From the NCBI RefSeq assembly GCF_006345805.1, contig NC_042999.1, positions 16,988,001-17,052,000 on the forward strand: DNA of 64,000 nucleotides, given 5' to 3'. A model generated the notes under the pieces. It was not told the origin of the DNA. It saw only the letters and a list, made by a program, of their open reading frames with translations, and did no database searches. Shown here piece after piece: positions 35,582 to 50,155 of the stretch. The position numbers and the translations under genes are program-made. This DNA comes from Octopus sinensis (Eukaryota). Each line of letters begins with the position of its first letter. Positions within the stretch are counted from its first letter, which is position 1.

Positions 35582-37085
35582 ATATATTCAGAAATTGTTG
35601 CCCATTACTGTATTATCGAACGGGTCAAAGAAATGCCAAAGTTACAGCAGAGAAGTACAACATGAAAGCTATGTTAAGTACCTAGAGTAACCACCTAAAA
35701 CACCAAGAATACTATTTAATAATTATCAATTTAAAACTTTAAGTTGATACTACTTCACTAAAGCTTCAGTTTACATTAGCCCAGAATTTTGAGGCGTACA
35801 CTCGACATCCACCAATTAGATAGACATTTAAACCCCAATGCATGATTATAATGCAGATATAAGATTTTTGATAAAAGTTAACGCAATAAAATCCCCACAA
35901 GTTAGACCTACCATACGACAGCGAAGACCTTTTGCAATGACCAACACGAGAATTATTTCACACAACGCATTCCTCACGTAAATTATTGTAACCCTCAGTT
36001 TGCACGGTACACGTTATTTCATATATATACACATATATATATATATATACATATGTGCGTGTGTGTGCGTATGTATGCTTGTAATCAGTCTCTTTGGCTC
36101 TCATACATTTTCTTCCGCAAAACGCCTAAATTTCCCTATGATTCAGGACATAAAATCCTTTTCCTTTGCTGATACGTAGCTTTTAAGGATAGACGGATAC
36201 CGATACATACTACAAACAGAACGGATGATACCTATATATATATATTTACATATATTCATCTATAAAGCTCTCTCTCTCTCTTTCTGACTCTCTATTTCTC
36301 ACTCTCTCTCTCTCCCCCTGTCTCTCTCTATATGTATATACTATATGTGTGTGCATTTGTGTGCATGTATCTATGTATATGCACGAGAATATATATTTCT
36401 ATTTCTTTTAATCAATTAGATTTAAATTCATTTTTTAAAATATAGTTCATTCCATTTTGTATTAAGGAGGAAATGAAAGGCCACCATTATCTCTATGACG
36501 ATGATATATTACATAGAATATTTTTGGGGGAAATATGGAACATAAAACCTGACTTTTACGTTTACTTTTATTTAAATTAAGTTTTATTCTCATATAAAAC
36601 AGAAAAGTTTCCGCATTGTTGTACTCTGGCTAACTGGCATTGATTACATTACTGTGACATGATTCTCTCCTTATTGAATTTCGTTGAATAATATATTAAC
36701 ATCTCTAGGTATTGTCTGTCACTGACACCAGTAGCTTATTAAATCTAATTATTTTAGTCCCATTCGCTTGTGGAAATATGCTTTAGCTCTATCATAATAT
36801 ATCAACCAAATACATTTTCACATATATCTCACTTTACGCCTGTTTGAAGTTTCCTGTTTGCATGCGTATTTTCTAGGTAGCGTAAACGTATTTAGCATTG
36901 CTGTATCAGATATCTAACTAGTTATAGTTGTATCTAAGTAGTGGGGAGGAATAATCTATTTGCATTAAACCAAATGTAAACCAATGACGTAGTGCTGTCT
37001 TAAAATAAATTGCTCAATATAATCGTACTCCTTGTTCAATTCCTAAATTTACCTCATATGTTAATTTACATATTTGATTATTTTA

Positions 37086-37344
37086 AATAATGAATAAATG
37101 CGCCCTTTTAAAGCCTAACTAGGTTCATGGACCCGATTTCCCCGGTTTCTATGGCGTATGTGTTCCACAGCTGGATGGGACGCCAGTCCATCGCAGCGTT
37201 ACGCATTTTTGCCAGCTGAGTGGACTGGAGCAACGTGAAATGAAGAGTTTTGCTCAAGAACACAACGCGTCGCCCGGTCTAGGAATCGAAACCACAATCT
37301 TACGATCATGATGCTGACACTCTAACCACTAAGCCACGCGCCTC
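37086..37344 (-). mobile_element. tRNA-derived SINE family C (CORE-like plus V-domain-like)
   Basis: Minus strand GGCGCGTGGCTTAGTGGTTAG..GGTTTCGATTCC..TGTGTTCTTGAGCAA..CTGCGATGGACTGGCGTCCCATCCAG; second copy at 38398-38656. Confidence 0.85.
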
Positions 37345-38397
37345 TACATTTGATTATATTACCGTTTACATTTTGATTTCAAATTCCAAATATGCCAATT
37401 TACTACCCATTTTACTCAATGTATACAAAAATACCAAAATTCTGGGGTAAATATTAATGACTTCCTTCTGATGTGGTCTACGTAAGATACTAATATTTGT
37501 TATTATTACATTATTCAAATAGAGTTGATACAAATAATCTTAAAATAAAACGTTAGGAATGTATATTTTATACTTTTAAATATTCTTTTATCTTTAAACG
37601 TCACTATCATTATTATCAATCAAATGCCAGCGTTTATTTAATCGATTACACACACCAACAAAAATGTATGGCCCTGTGCCTATCCTATAATCAATATTTC
37701 TTTATATCCACGGTTTTTCGTTTTCTCTGAATAGGATTTTTGTAAAAGAATTTTATTTTAATCCACTTTTAATTAGAGACAAAAAAATAACACTTTTGTT
37801 ACAAAATATATATTGACATAATAGATTCTATCTTCTATTGATTTTCTCTTTAAGAAAGGATTTAACTTCAAATATTTGTTTACGGTTATTACTTTCTAAA
37901 GATTGAATAACCTTCTTTCAGTGTATAAACATGTTGAACTTTACATTTACATTCAAAGGACGAATACATACCTTACAAACTGCGTGAGGGGAAGACAAAC
38001 AAACCATTTCATTATATGTTATAAGACTGAATTTAATTTACACAGATAGTTTCTAATACAGAAATTACAAAATATTTTAAATACTTCACATGGTTTCTGG
38101 AATCTTATTGATTATATCAACTCACTTTTCCACAGGGAATCTAAGAAAGTTAGTAATGACATTTATGCTGTTCTCTAAAGCATTATTGACTTACAAGAAG
38201 TGAAGCAACGCTAATCATGAGAGAAATATACACCATGAATATAGACATCGGTATTAAGGGGGAAATATTTGACTATGCTTCCTATAACAACGATAAGTTG
38301 CCTTTCTATCGAGGCATTACTTATTATACAATAAAACCAGAGTTAATGTACGTTTGTGATATTTAATTTGATATTTGGCGTGGTACAGTGCCTCATA

Positions 38398-38656
38398 AAA
38401 AAAATAAATAAAAGCGCCCTAACTTAAAGCCTAGCCGGGCTCATGGGCCCAGTTTTCCGGTTTCAATGGCGTATGTGTTCTCCAGCTGGACGAGACGCCA
38501 GTCCACAGCGTTACTCATTTTGCCAGCTGAGTGGACTGGACCAACGTGAATTGAAGCGTTTTGCTCAAGAAAAGAACGCGTCGCCCGGTCCAGGAACCGA
38601 AACCACAATCTTACGATCATGATGTTGACACCCTAACCACTAAGCCACGCGCCTCA
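38398..38656 (-). mobile_element. Family C SINE with ~13-bp TSD
   Basis: Homologous to 37086-37344; flanks ACAGTGCCTCATA / ACAGTAACTCATA. Confidence 0.85.
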
Positions 38657-38932
38657 ACACAGTAACTCATACTAAGGATATAAAGTTTACTGATACAGTG
38701 CAAAACATACAATAGAGATTAACTGAAATGTGTCAGGCATATATATAAGTTGCTACATGCTTAATGGCGTAGGTATAACAAAAAAGGAAAATGGGTCTCG
38801 ATGTACATATAAAGCTATTTATGATTGCATGTAAATATTGGTATGAGATTCAATTTAAAAAATGAATTTTCTATGTTCGTTCGAATATGTATACATTTTT
38901 GTGGTATCAAAGAAAGTAAATAACTAAAGCAC

Positions 38933-39256
38933 TATATTTCATAAGCGGAAAGTGTAACCTCTCGAAAGAGCTGTTCTTCACTCCTGCTCCAGAGCGTCGG
39001 CTGCGGGGTCATTCCGAAAAGCTCTACCTGCGACGATTTCATCTCAATCGAAGGAGAGGAGCTTTCTCCGTCCGGGTTGCGGATTCGTGGAACAAGCTGC
39101 CAGACGAGATGGTGAAGATGCCGACGACCGCTTTGTTCAAAGCCTCCCTGGACCTCAAGTGGCCTGAACTCTTTACATGAACACCACCCTGTCCCCCTAC
39201 ATGGCCTTGCTATTTGATTTTGAGCCAAATTAACTAACTAACTAACTAACTAACTA
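38933..39256 (+). mobile_element. 5'-truncated CR1-clade LINE 3' end with (TAAC)n tail
   Basis: LRGHSEKLYLRRFHLNRRRGAFSVRVADSWNKLPDEMV..LFKASLD, short 3'UTR, TAAC repeats. Confidence 0.88.
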
Positions 39257-39432
39257 GTAACGAAGCAAAGCACATTGGAAATAAAAATGTAATAGTCGTA
39301 TTTTATACATTCTTAAATGAGGCTCTATACTCATTTAATATTTCATGGCACTTTCATAGAGTATCTTAAACTCTGCAAAATGGGTTTCCTTGTCGCAGTG
39401 CACAACATAACAACAAAACACATACATATACG

Positions 39433-39487
<55 letters not shown>

Positions 39488-39621
39488 TAATCATATATAC
39501 CCGTGTGAGTAAATGTCTGTTCGTCCATGCTATATAAAAAGTATTTTGCAGTCACAGTTTTATCATACATCCCTTTACCATATTACTTTTCTAAACACAT
39601 ACACACACACTCATCTGAATG

Positions 39622-39659
<38 letters not shown>

Positions 39660-39671
39660 TATATATATATA

Positions 39672-40086
39672 TACTCTTACTCTCTTTTTACTCTTTTACT
39701 TGTGTCAGTCATTTGACTGCGGCGATGCTGGAGCACCGCCTTTAGTCGAGAAAATCGACCCCGGGACTTATTCTTTGTAAGGCCAGTACTTATTCTATCG
39801 GTCTCTTTTGCCGAACCGCTAAGTGACAGGGACGTAAATACACCAGCGTCGGTTGTCAATCAATGCTAGGGGGACACACAAACACAGACACACAAACACA
39901 CATATATATATATACATATATACGACAGGCTTCTTTCAGTTTCCGTCTACCAAATCCACTCACAAGGCATTGGTCGGTCCGGGGCTATAGCAGAAGACAC
40001 TTGCCCAAGATGCCACGCAGTGGGACTGAACCCGGAATCATGTGGTTGGTTAGCAAGCTACTTACCACACAGCCACTCCTGCGCCT
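39672..40086 (-). mobile_element. Full-length family B SINE (tRNA head, CORE motif, internal microsatellite)
   Basis: GGCGCAGGAGTGGCTGTGTGGTAAG..GGGTTCAGTCCC..CTTGGGCAAGTG; tail of (GAGTAAAA)-like repeats. Confidence 0.9.
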
Positions 40087-40093
40087 GCCTATA

Positions 40094-40128
<35 letters not shown>

Positions 40129-40155
40129 CTTAAAATTGAATAGAAGATCTGAAAT

Positions 40156-40201
40156 CCACCTGATGAATGTCCTTAGAAGAGACACGAAACAATTGTAGTG
40201 G
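40156..40201 (+). ncRNA. Minimal type I hammerhead ribozyme
   Basis: CCAC-CUGAUGA-A-UGUC-loop-GACA-C-GAAAC-aauu-GUA|GUGG; stem III ACAAUUGU is palindromic. Confidence 0.75.
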
Positions 40202-40388
40202 CGAATTAAATTTTATTTAATTTATATTAAATTTTTTTATGTATTGGATTAAGTCTTTCTTTGTTTGATTTGCATAATAGTGGTTTTGTCTCTAATTAAT
40301 ATTATATAATATTTTACTATAAAATTGGATTCAATCCTAAATCTGATTTTTCCCTGTAAATTTGGATTTATTCCCTAATATTTATTAT

Positions 40389-40423
<35 letters not shown>

Positions 40424-41083
40424 CGTACAGCTATTGAAGGAGTGCAAGTTGGATGTGTTGGTAGGAACTAAATATAAAAAAGTGACAAAAGGTATAAATG
40501 AAGTGACTCAGAGGTGAGACTGAGAGAACTTTATTCCAATTCTCATTTTCATTTTTGTTGATTTTGTAGCAGAAATACATTCACCTAAGCTGCAGTATAA
40601 AATTTCAGAGATTGTCTCCGTCGATGAAAAAAAAAAAAAAAAAAACAGAAAAAAATATTTGGGGCCTCCAGGCTTCGATTACGCGATATTTCTATTTTAA
40701 TGAGAACACTATAAACCATAGAATTAAATAATTGGCACATTTCCATAGTTACACTCTATTGATACAGAGGAGCACCGTGTAAAGTGTTGCCTTATTCAAA
40801 TTACAAGGCTAAAATTTAAAGATCATTTCATGTAAAAAACGCAAATACAAATTAATAACTACCGCAAATAATGAAATACATTAATACAGAGCCTCATTCC
40901 AAGTGAGTTTAGAAGTAATTATTTTTAATATTATCTCTGCTTTAGAAAGAATAACAAAGGCGAAGAAGGGTACCGCTTCGTCTAGACACAGCAAGAAAAC
41001 AGGAAGGATATATGCTATTATGAATATATGCATATATAAAATGCATGGTAAAAAGCATGTACATACACATACATACACGCACG

Positions 41084-41122
<39 letters not shown>

Positions 41123-41188
41123 ACACACACACACACCACATATATATATATTATATATATATATATACATATACATATATACATATAT

Positions 41189-41351
41189 ACGACGTGATTC
41201 TTTGAGTTGCCGTCTACCAGATCCACTCACAAGGGCTTTGTCGGCCCCGGGCTATAGTAGGAGACACTTGCCCAAGGTGCCACGCAGTGGGGCTGAACGC
41301 GGAAACATGTGGTTGGTAAGCAAGCTACTTACCAGACAGCCACTCCTTCGC

Positions 41352-41354
<3 letters not shown>
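41189..41354 (-). mobile_element. Family B SINE 5' half
   Basis: Matches 39922-40086. Confidence 0.85.
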
Positions 41355-41389
<35 letters not shown>

Positions 41390-42179
41390 CATACTCATAT
41401 GTTGATATATATAAAAAATATATCAGGAGCGAACACGTACGTATACGAGTCCAACTGCTTGCTAGAAGGAGACGCTAATGTCTGTAAACTCCCTAACATC
41501 ACCATAAAAATACCACGCATCGTACCCGTACAAATAAAGGAAGCAGATTCGTGAAACGATTCATTTACATATGAATTAATTTCAAGATTAAGGGGCAGTC
41601 TCGTTTTCTATCATCAGTGTAATATAACCAAGCCAATGCACATAACCACGAACAGAATACATACCTGTGGAACTGAAAAGGCTCCGCACTGGGAATACGT
41701 CGTGCGCACTTATATACAGAATAAAAAATTAAAAATCTGGTATCGAATAATAATTTTTTTTGGGGGGGGGGATGATATATTAAAAAAAAATATTTTTATA
41801 AAAAAAATGAAGATAAAGTATACGTTAGATTTCATCAAGTACCTAGCCCGCAATTAACCGGTTAAGGTAAAATTAATCAATTTAAATATTGGTTTATAGA
41901 AATATACATGACGGGCGAACATGTACGTATACGCGTCCAACTGCTTGCTAGAAGACGCTAAAAACTACCAAACATATCACCATATATATATACTTATCTC
42001 ACATGTATTTTCTTTTATTTTCTCTACCTCTTTCTCTATTTTATATCTTATCTAAATTAACTATTTCTTAAGTATTTTCTCACACCGCCTCCGATAAAGA
42101 AATATAATAAATATCCTGGAAGCAGCTTATAAAAGCAACGTGGGTAAGGCCAGAAAAATACGAACTAAATTCAAGGCAG

Positions 42180-42377
42180 ATCACGAGAAAACAAATATAT
42201 GAATTAATGTAGACTTACTTTGCATTCAATATTTGGAGGGTTATGACCCCATTTTAAAGTCGCTCAGTCATACGCACATCGGCGAAATTCGTTAATTTCT
42301 TGAAAATGGGGTCATAACCTCGAAATATCGAATGCAAGGTAAGTCTGCATTAGTTCATATTTTTGTTTTCTTGTGAT
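42180..42377. mobile_element. Foldback MITE with ~80-bp inverted arms
   Basis: ATCACGAGAAAACAAA..GGTTATGACCCCATTTT / AAAATGGGGTCATAACC..TTTGTTTTCTTGTGAT. Confidence 0.8.
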
Positions 42378-42504
42378 TTGCCTCACATTCACTTCGCATT
42401 GTTCTTGTCTTATTCACGATCCGTTATACAACACACACACATGCATACATACATACGTACATACATACATACATACATGCATAAATACATATATATATAT
42501 ATGT

Positions 42505-42895
42505 AGGCGAAGGAGTGGTTGTATTGTAAGTAGCTTCCTTACGAACCACATGGTTCCGGGTTCAGTCTCACTGCGTGGCACCTTGGGCAAGTGTCTTCTT
42601 CTATAGCCTCGGGCCAACCAAAACCTTGTGAGTGGATTTGGTTGATGGAAACTGAAAGAAGCCCGTCGTATATATACATGTGCACGTGTTTGTATGTTTG
42701 TGTTTTTTCCCCCAGCATCGCTTGACAACCGATGGTGGTGTGTTTACCACCCCGTAACGTAGCGGTTCGGCAAAAGAAACGGATAGAATAAATACTAGGC
42801 ATCCGCTTACAAAGAATGTCCTGAGGTCGATTTGCTCGACTAAAGGCGGTGCTCCAGCATGGCCGCTGTCAAATGAGTGAAACAAGTGAAAGAGT
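42505..42895 (+). mobile_element. Full-length family B SINE
   Basis: Same architecture as 43341-43747. Confidence 0.9.
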
Positions 42896-43239
42896 ATATA
42901 TATATATATATATATATATATGTTAGAAATGCTTGAGACGGAAAATAGAATATATGACTCTATCACCTGTTATATACTCAACAACGTGCACCGAGAAATT
43001 CCCAAAGTAGATTAGCGATAATTGTACTACCTCCATAGATGACGACATGTAGTGCGTCAAAATGGTATTAAAATCTTTGTTGCAACCAGCATTAACAGGG
43101 TTCGGAGTTCAAAAAGCAAAGGAGAAAACCGGCTGCAAATATACCCCCTGCACTTACCTGTTATCCTCAAACTTCGAATATCCAACATATGCATTATGAC
43201 TTACAAAGAAAGAGTATGTTGTCGGAGCCTCATACATCG

Positions 43240-43271
<32 letters not shown>

Positions 43272-43340
43272 ATATATATATAACTGCATGTGGGTGCATG
43301 TGTGTGGAGGGTTGCGTATAGATGTAAACTATAGGCGCAT

Positions 43341-43747
43341 AGGCGCAGGAGTGGCTGTGTAGTAAGTAGCTTGTTTACCAACCACATGGTTCCGGGTTCA
43401 GTCCCACTGCGTGGCACCTTGGGCAAGTGTCTTCTACTATAGCCACGGGCCAACCAAAGCCTTGTGACTGGATTTGGTAGACGGAAACTGAAAGAAGCCC
43501 GTCGTATGTATGCATGTATATATATGCGTGTGTGTGTTTGTGTGTCTGTGTTTGTCCCTCTAGCATTGCTTGACAACTGATGCTGGTGTGTTTATGTCCC
43601 CGTTACTTAGCGGTTCGGCAAAAGAGACCGATAGAATAAGTACTGGGCTTACAAAAGAATAACTCCCGGGGTCGAGTTGCTCGATTAAAGGCGGTGCTCC
43701 AGCATGGCCGCAGTCAAATGACTGAAAAAGTAAAAGAGTAAAAGAGT
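43341..43747 (+). mobile_element. Full-length family B SINE
   Basis: tRNA head, CCTTGGGCAAGT CORE motif, internal (TG)n, tail GCTCCAGCATGGCCGCAGTCAAATGACTG. Confidence 0.9.
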
Positions 43748-43843
43748 ATCACATGCATACACTTGATCAATATTACAGTAAATTATCGATTCTAATGTAA
43801 AACGTTTTTACTACAAAGAACTATTAATCTTGTAAATTTAATG

Positions 43844-44697
43844 CGAGGTTTTACTCAAAAGTAACAGATAAAGTTCTTTGTGGGATAAACCCTTTGCAAT
43901 TCACGCTTCCATCACGAGAAAGCACTTGATGTGACCCTCAGGCAACCGCCTGCCGCCCGACGTTGTCAGGCGATATCGTTAAGTCACTTCGTCCATTATT
44001 TTGCGATGGCAGAAACGAAAGAAGAGCGTGCTTCTGTGAAATTCTGTTTTCTGCCGGGGAAAACGGCAGCCGAAAGAGATGTCATGCTTGAAACTGCTTA
44101 CAAGGAAGCTACCATGAGCAAAATACATGTTTTACGAGAGGCTTATACACTTTAGGAGGGCCACATGTCACTTGAAGACCAATCTCGTTCTGGACGACGG
44201 TCGACCCCTCGAACGAATGAAAAAATCATGAAAATTTAATGAAATGATCTGGAACTGAACAGTTGACAAACTTGTTGAGGTGACCGTTGTGTCCTAGAAC
44301 TTCTGCGAACGAATTTCAAGCGAGGAGTTGCGAATAAAATTAATTGCATCAAAACCTGTGCCTCGCTTCTTACGGAAGCTCAAAAGCAGTCACTACTGAA
44401 TGCGTGTCGTGAGCTGAAAGAAGCGTCGGGAATTGATTCAGACCATTTATCGAAGGTCATGTCTGGTGATGAAACTTAATGCTACGGAATTTGCAGATGT
44501 GGAAGAAGTGAAGAAACGGAGGCGTTAAAGGCATCACTTCACAAGATTTCCAGGACTATTTTGAACAGCGGAAAACTAGCCTGGACTGATGCATTGCATC
44601 AAATGGAGAATACTTTGAAGGCGTAAATGTGTAAACCTGTAAGACTAAGTGAATAAAATAGCATTGCAAAATTCCGTTTTCTTTTGGGTAACCCCCG
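43844..44697 (+). mobile_element. Internally deleted mariner transposon relic
   Basis: TIRs CGAGGTTTTACTCAAAAG / CTTTTGGGTAACCCCCG-TA; EERASVKFCF..GKTAAE, LEDQSRSGR, SGDET, CIASNGEYFEG. Confidence 0.85.
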
Positions 44698-45416
44698 TAG
44701 AACTCACTAAAGTATAGCATAATAATGTATTATCACGTAAGAATCTATCTACCTCTACGTAATATCTTGCACTGCAGAATAAAACATCCACATCAACTTC
44801 CAACCAATTGTAAGTGTTTTGAAAAGAGACAGAAAATAACGTAGACGTCAATGAATTATTGAGGGAAAAAATCAAAACACAAAACGAAAAAACGATGGTA
44901 GTTGGTTGATTGCTTACGACCATCGGCCTACACGATCAGTACCGAACTGCAGCTAAATATCCGCAACAACAACAACAATAGCGAACAGAACAAACGCATA
45001 TAGAATGATGTAAAAACGTATGCATATGCTTCCGATTAATAATCTTAGTTGTTCGTACTGTCTGGCAGAGAGACACTATGAAATAACCCGAAGTTCAAAT
45101 ATAACAGATTACAGGAAGTATTTGAGCGGTTGAGTCTTCAAAGAATATATTCATTTGTTTTAGATTTTGGTTGCAGTTTTTGGAGGCAGGTGTTTTCTGT
45201 ACGCTAACATCTAGTCATCAGCCGTGTGTAGTTAAGTAGCCGATTAAATGAACGACATAGTATGAAATACTAATGTTTATTGGCCACAAAATGCATATAA
45301 ATCTTTCGTTTCTGTAACAAAAAAAAAAAGAAAGAAGAGAGAGACAGAACAGAATTGCTGGAAATAGATATGAAAAAAAATAGTAGACATATATTCACAC
45401 ACATCAGACGAAGAAC

Positions 45417-45516
45417 NNNNNNNNNNNNNNNNNNNNNNNNNNNNNNNNNNNNNNNNNNNNNNNNNNNNNNNNNNNNNNNNNNNNNNNNNNNNNNNNNNNN
45501 NNNNNNNNNNNNNNNN
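45417..45516. other. Assembly gap (100 N)
   Basis: Run of N. Confidence 1.
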
Positions 45517-46035
45517 TTTATTCACGTTTTTCAATGTACTTTTATTATCCGGTAACAATATTTGTTACTATGCGACTGTTATGATTCCCACCCCACCTTA
45601 TTTTCATTCTATTTCTTTCACAATTTAAAATTATAATATTTAATATTTTGTTTCCAATCTTGGTTTATTTTCTAATCCCTCAGCCTTCCACATAAATATC
45701 TACGATCTATTTTATATTACTTAGCTATGTTTGACTCTGGTTTTGACGCATATTTTTCTAATACTTATATCTATATTTTGAATTTTAATTTTAGTTTTAT
45801 TGTGACTGATATATCGATTCTCGCTTTACCACCAACTGGTCTCTCAATATTATATATTGAATGGCCGTTGGTTTAGAGAAGTGGCCGTGACAGTAGAGTG
45901 ATATAGTTGTTTGGAATTTATAAAAGTTGTATTCGTTTGCAGAATTCAAGCCAGTTTGCAGCAAAATGACAAGTCGCATTTTGTAAGGCATAAAAGCTCT
46001 TTGCCGTTAACAATTTTTCTGAACTGATTACTGAC

Positions 46036-46138
46036 ATATATATATATATAGATATATATATATATATTATATATCTATATATATTAGTGGTATATATTTA
46101 ATATACTATATATATATGTATATATAGATGTATATATA

Positions 46139-46225
<87 letters not shown>
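46036..46225. repeat. Long imperfect (TA)n microsatellite
   Basis: Direct reading. Confidence 0.95.
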
Positions 46226-46228
<3 letters not shown>

Positions 46229-47111
46229 CCTATATATACACATCCTTAATATCTTATACTAGACTAGTACCTAGAGACGTTGGCATATACGTGTACGTAT
46301 GTAGTGAGGGGCGCGCGTATATACATGTGAGCGTGTACGCGCGTAATGTCCGTCTATATATGCGGATATTCTGTTGTATGTATGTGTGTTGTCGCGCGTG
46401 CGTGTGGGTGCGTGTTGCTTTGTACGTGTTTACACGCGAGTGCGTGTGTTTGCTTATAGACTTGGATACGTTATGTAACGCGTGTATGTGGGTGTATGTA
46501 CCAATGATGATATGTATGTACTGGAAGTCCATTTAATTCAAGGAACCAGATTAAACTCTCAATCAGCTCTGATTTACGACGAAACCGTTAATTTACTACG
46601 GACAGTTCTAAACTAGTTTTATCAATCTCTGACTGACCAACATGCTGGGTCCGCGACCTCTATACATCCCTTATCTTTACATTCCTTTACACTTTATCAT
46701 GTTTTTATGAGGTTCTTTTACTTCTTTTACTATTATTTCCATTTCTATTTTTACTTTACAACATTATGCCTTTACATTTATTTATATTTCTTTATATTTC
46801 TTTATACCCCCCTTTCATCTCCTTACAACCCTTTATATCTTTACCCTCTACATTTTATATTATTTTATATTATTTTATATTTTTTATCCCTCGTCCGAAC
46901 TCTCGCCCCTCCATCTTCACCTCTATATACGTATTTATTTATTTACATTACCTCAACATCCAAGTTTCCTCATTCTACATTGAGAGAAGAAAGAGATGGA
47001 CGATTCAATTCGATGCTGCTGCCGCATTATGTCGTACGGGAACGAGAAGATTTGCATCCCCCAACCAAGAATTTCGGAAGTAAACACATTTCCTTGTGGA
47101 AGCTGTTGTGC

Positions 47112-47189
47112 GCGGCTGAAGAAGGCCACAGACATACATTATGATTTGTTATGAATCTGTCTAATAAAGGCCCGAAACATATGTACCGC
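47112..47189 (+). ncRNA. Type I hammerhead ribozyme with extended stem II
   Basis: GCGG-CUGAAGA-A-GGCC..GGCC-C-GAAAC-auau-GUA|CCGC; stem III ACAUAUGU is palindromic. Confidence 0.75.
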
Positions 47190-47319
47190 TGAATCCTTCA
47201 CCTCATGTTTTTATTTTTATTTTTATTTTGATCAATTTACTCCACACCTACAAACCACCAAACGGTATACACAGGTGCTTATAATTATCAAGTACTCACC
47301 CCGAATTTCTACACTCAAC

Positions 47320-47680
<361 letters not shown>

Positions 47681-48085
47681 AGTACTAAAAGTGGAGATAT
47701 CATAGGCACTCGAGGGAGTACTGAAAAGTTCCTGGCTTTAAGGGAAACGCAAAAGGCTTGGCTAGTTGTCCGTCTTTCCAGATCTTTTACAGGGTTTAGA
47801 AAAACTAAGGGATCGCTGTAAGGGATCGCATCTGAAATGGGAGCATGGACAAAATATCATAAGTGACTGTCCATTCCAGTATTTCCTTTGCCACCCCTCA
47901 TTTATATATATATATATTAATATTATATATATATATTATAGACATATATATATATATATAACTTCTATGCTGAAGTAAAGAGAGAACATGTTCTTTGTCT
48001 ATCTCTTTAACTTCTCTGGAGATTTTAGGTATAATTATACTAATGTGTGCATCTGTTCTTATTTAATATTAACTTTTATGAATTT

Positions 48086-48174
48086 GTGCAGCTGAAGATT
48101 GATCTACATTTTAAATTGATGTAATGATTGCATTGTTCAATTAAGTGAAGTTGCATGAAACGATCGTACTGCAT
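48086..48174 (+). ncRNA. Type I hammerhead ribozyme with long imperfect stem II
   Basis: GUGCAG-CUGAAGA-..-GAAAC-gauc-GUA|CUGCAU; stem III ACGAUCGU is palindromic. Confidence 0.7.
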
Positions 48175-48293
48175 TAGCTCTGGATATCCTTATTGCTTAT
48201 TTTGACACACACACACACACAACCACACACCACACCACACACAAACACACACACACACACACACACCACACACACACCACACACACACACAAC

Positions 48294-48344
<51 letters not shown>

Positions 48345-48719
48345 TATATATGTATATTAAATATATATATATTATAATTCGGGCCACTCCGTACTGGAAT
48401 TATGTTCACAGTGGTGGCTGCCAGATTAGTGGATGCAGGACTTCAACATGGCGGGTTGGTAACGCGCGCTGAGGAAGCTGAGTCTATTTTGCTAGTGCAG
48501 AAACCCGTCCACGTGTGTCCAAATACCTGAATGTTCGTCGGGAGAATATTTTAGCCCGTTTGCCCTCGACCGGTTGATTTCTGTAGTTATTATCAGTGTA
48601 TTGTGACGATTTAAATAAGAGTTTTGACTGTTATTTTCCAGAAAGGCTGACATATTTAGTATGTGATTTGATTAATTTTTATCCTTCAGCTACACACACC
48701 ACACACACACACACACCCA

Positions 48720-48770
<51 letters not shown>

Positions 48771-49913
48771 TATGTGGCATGTATGTATGTATTTATGTAT
48801 GTATATATGCCAACAGTCTAGGTATGGAAACGTTGATCATGAAACACGATCTTTGATGGAGGTAACAGTCAAATCTTCCACGCTAAGTTTTTTATGGTGA
48901 GCCCACTTCAGACAAATGATCACGTCGATGTCCTCTTCGATGTTTCAAGTACCAACTCAAAGTAACATCGAAAGTCACTGGAATTGAGCTAAAATCGTTT
49001 GAAACACAATCCCGACACGATACCGATTGGCGATGTTCAATTACCATCGGGACCAAAGCCTTCAAAGCCACCATTGAAAATAAAAGGAAGAAATCATACG
49101 ACAGGAGAGAAGGACACGACACAATCAACCACGTCCTCCACCAACATTACCATGCAGTCAATACCATTGACTCTTCTATGCAAGAGTCATGAACGGTATC
49201 ACCTTAAAGGAACCGTTCCGCAAAGAAGGAAATAAATTCTCGAATGCGAGGCAAAGCCGACAACGTATGCATAATATTATTCTATATTTTTGAATTGAGG
49301 AATTATGTATATTATTTACAATAGACGGATATGCGTCCTCATTTTGTTTGCTGTTGTCACAACTATTCGGTTGATGTATTCTCCAGCCCTCATCAGGTGT
49401 TCTGGTGGAATTTCGAACATAACTCTTCATTTTACTAACGAGGTACACCGTTCTCATTTTTATATTATGTTGGTGCTGTTATTTTTCTGTTGTAATACTT
49501 GTAAATGATGGACGCATGCATATTATAAGCATACGTATTCATACAGCTATAGACGTATACACACACATACACACACAGAGGCATAGTCATTTATGTTAGG
49601 AGCTGGTTCCATATAATGTATTTTCGTTAATTGTTTAATGAACCTATGCAGTTACAAGGAGACATAAACACCGTCTAGTCCTTACCACTTTTGATGCAGG
49701 ATGCAACAGGTGGAGGAAAAGAGGATGACATCAGCACTTTTTTGTTACTCATTAGACCTGGAGCAATGTTGAACGAATTGCCTAAATGGATATATATATA
49801 TATAATATATATATAACGGGAAGCTTTATGAAAATAAACAAAAGACGAAGGCAGGTGGAATACAAACAAACAATTGTATCAGTATGGCGCTCAGGAATAG
49901 AAATAAAACAAGT

Positions 49914-49949
49914 CTTTTACGTTTCGAGCCTACACTCTTCAACAGAAAG
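49914..49949 (-). ncRNA. Ultra-minimal hammerhead motif with mutated core (CUGUUGA), probably inactive
   Basis: Minus strand CUUU-CUGUUGA-A-GAG..CUC-GAAAC-GUA|AAAG; flanks homologous to 30500-30660. Confidence 0.5.
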
Positions 49950-50034
49950 ATACACAGAAAAGAAACACGGAGAGAAACAAGGAGAGAAAAAAATAGCGTT
50001 CAGAAGCTAGCGAATCAATATATATATATTATAT

Positions 50035-50081
<47 letters not shown>

Positions 50082-50093
50082 TACATACATACA

Positions 50094-50155
<62 letters not shown>

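Noticed and set aside
37270-37344. tRNA genes at SINE heads
   Set aside because: A and B boxes are present, but there is no complete cloverleaf and each runs directly into a SINE body.
45277-45558. ORFs spanning the N run
   Set aside because: Artefacts of the assembly gap.
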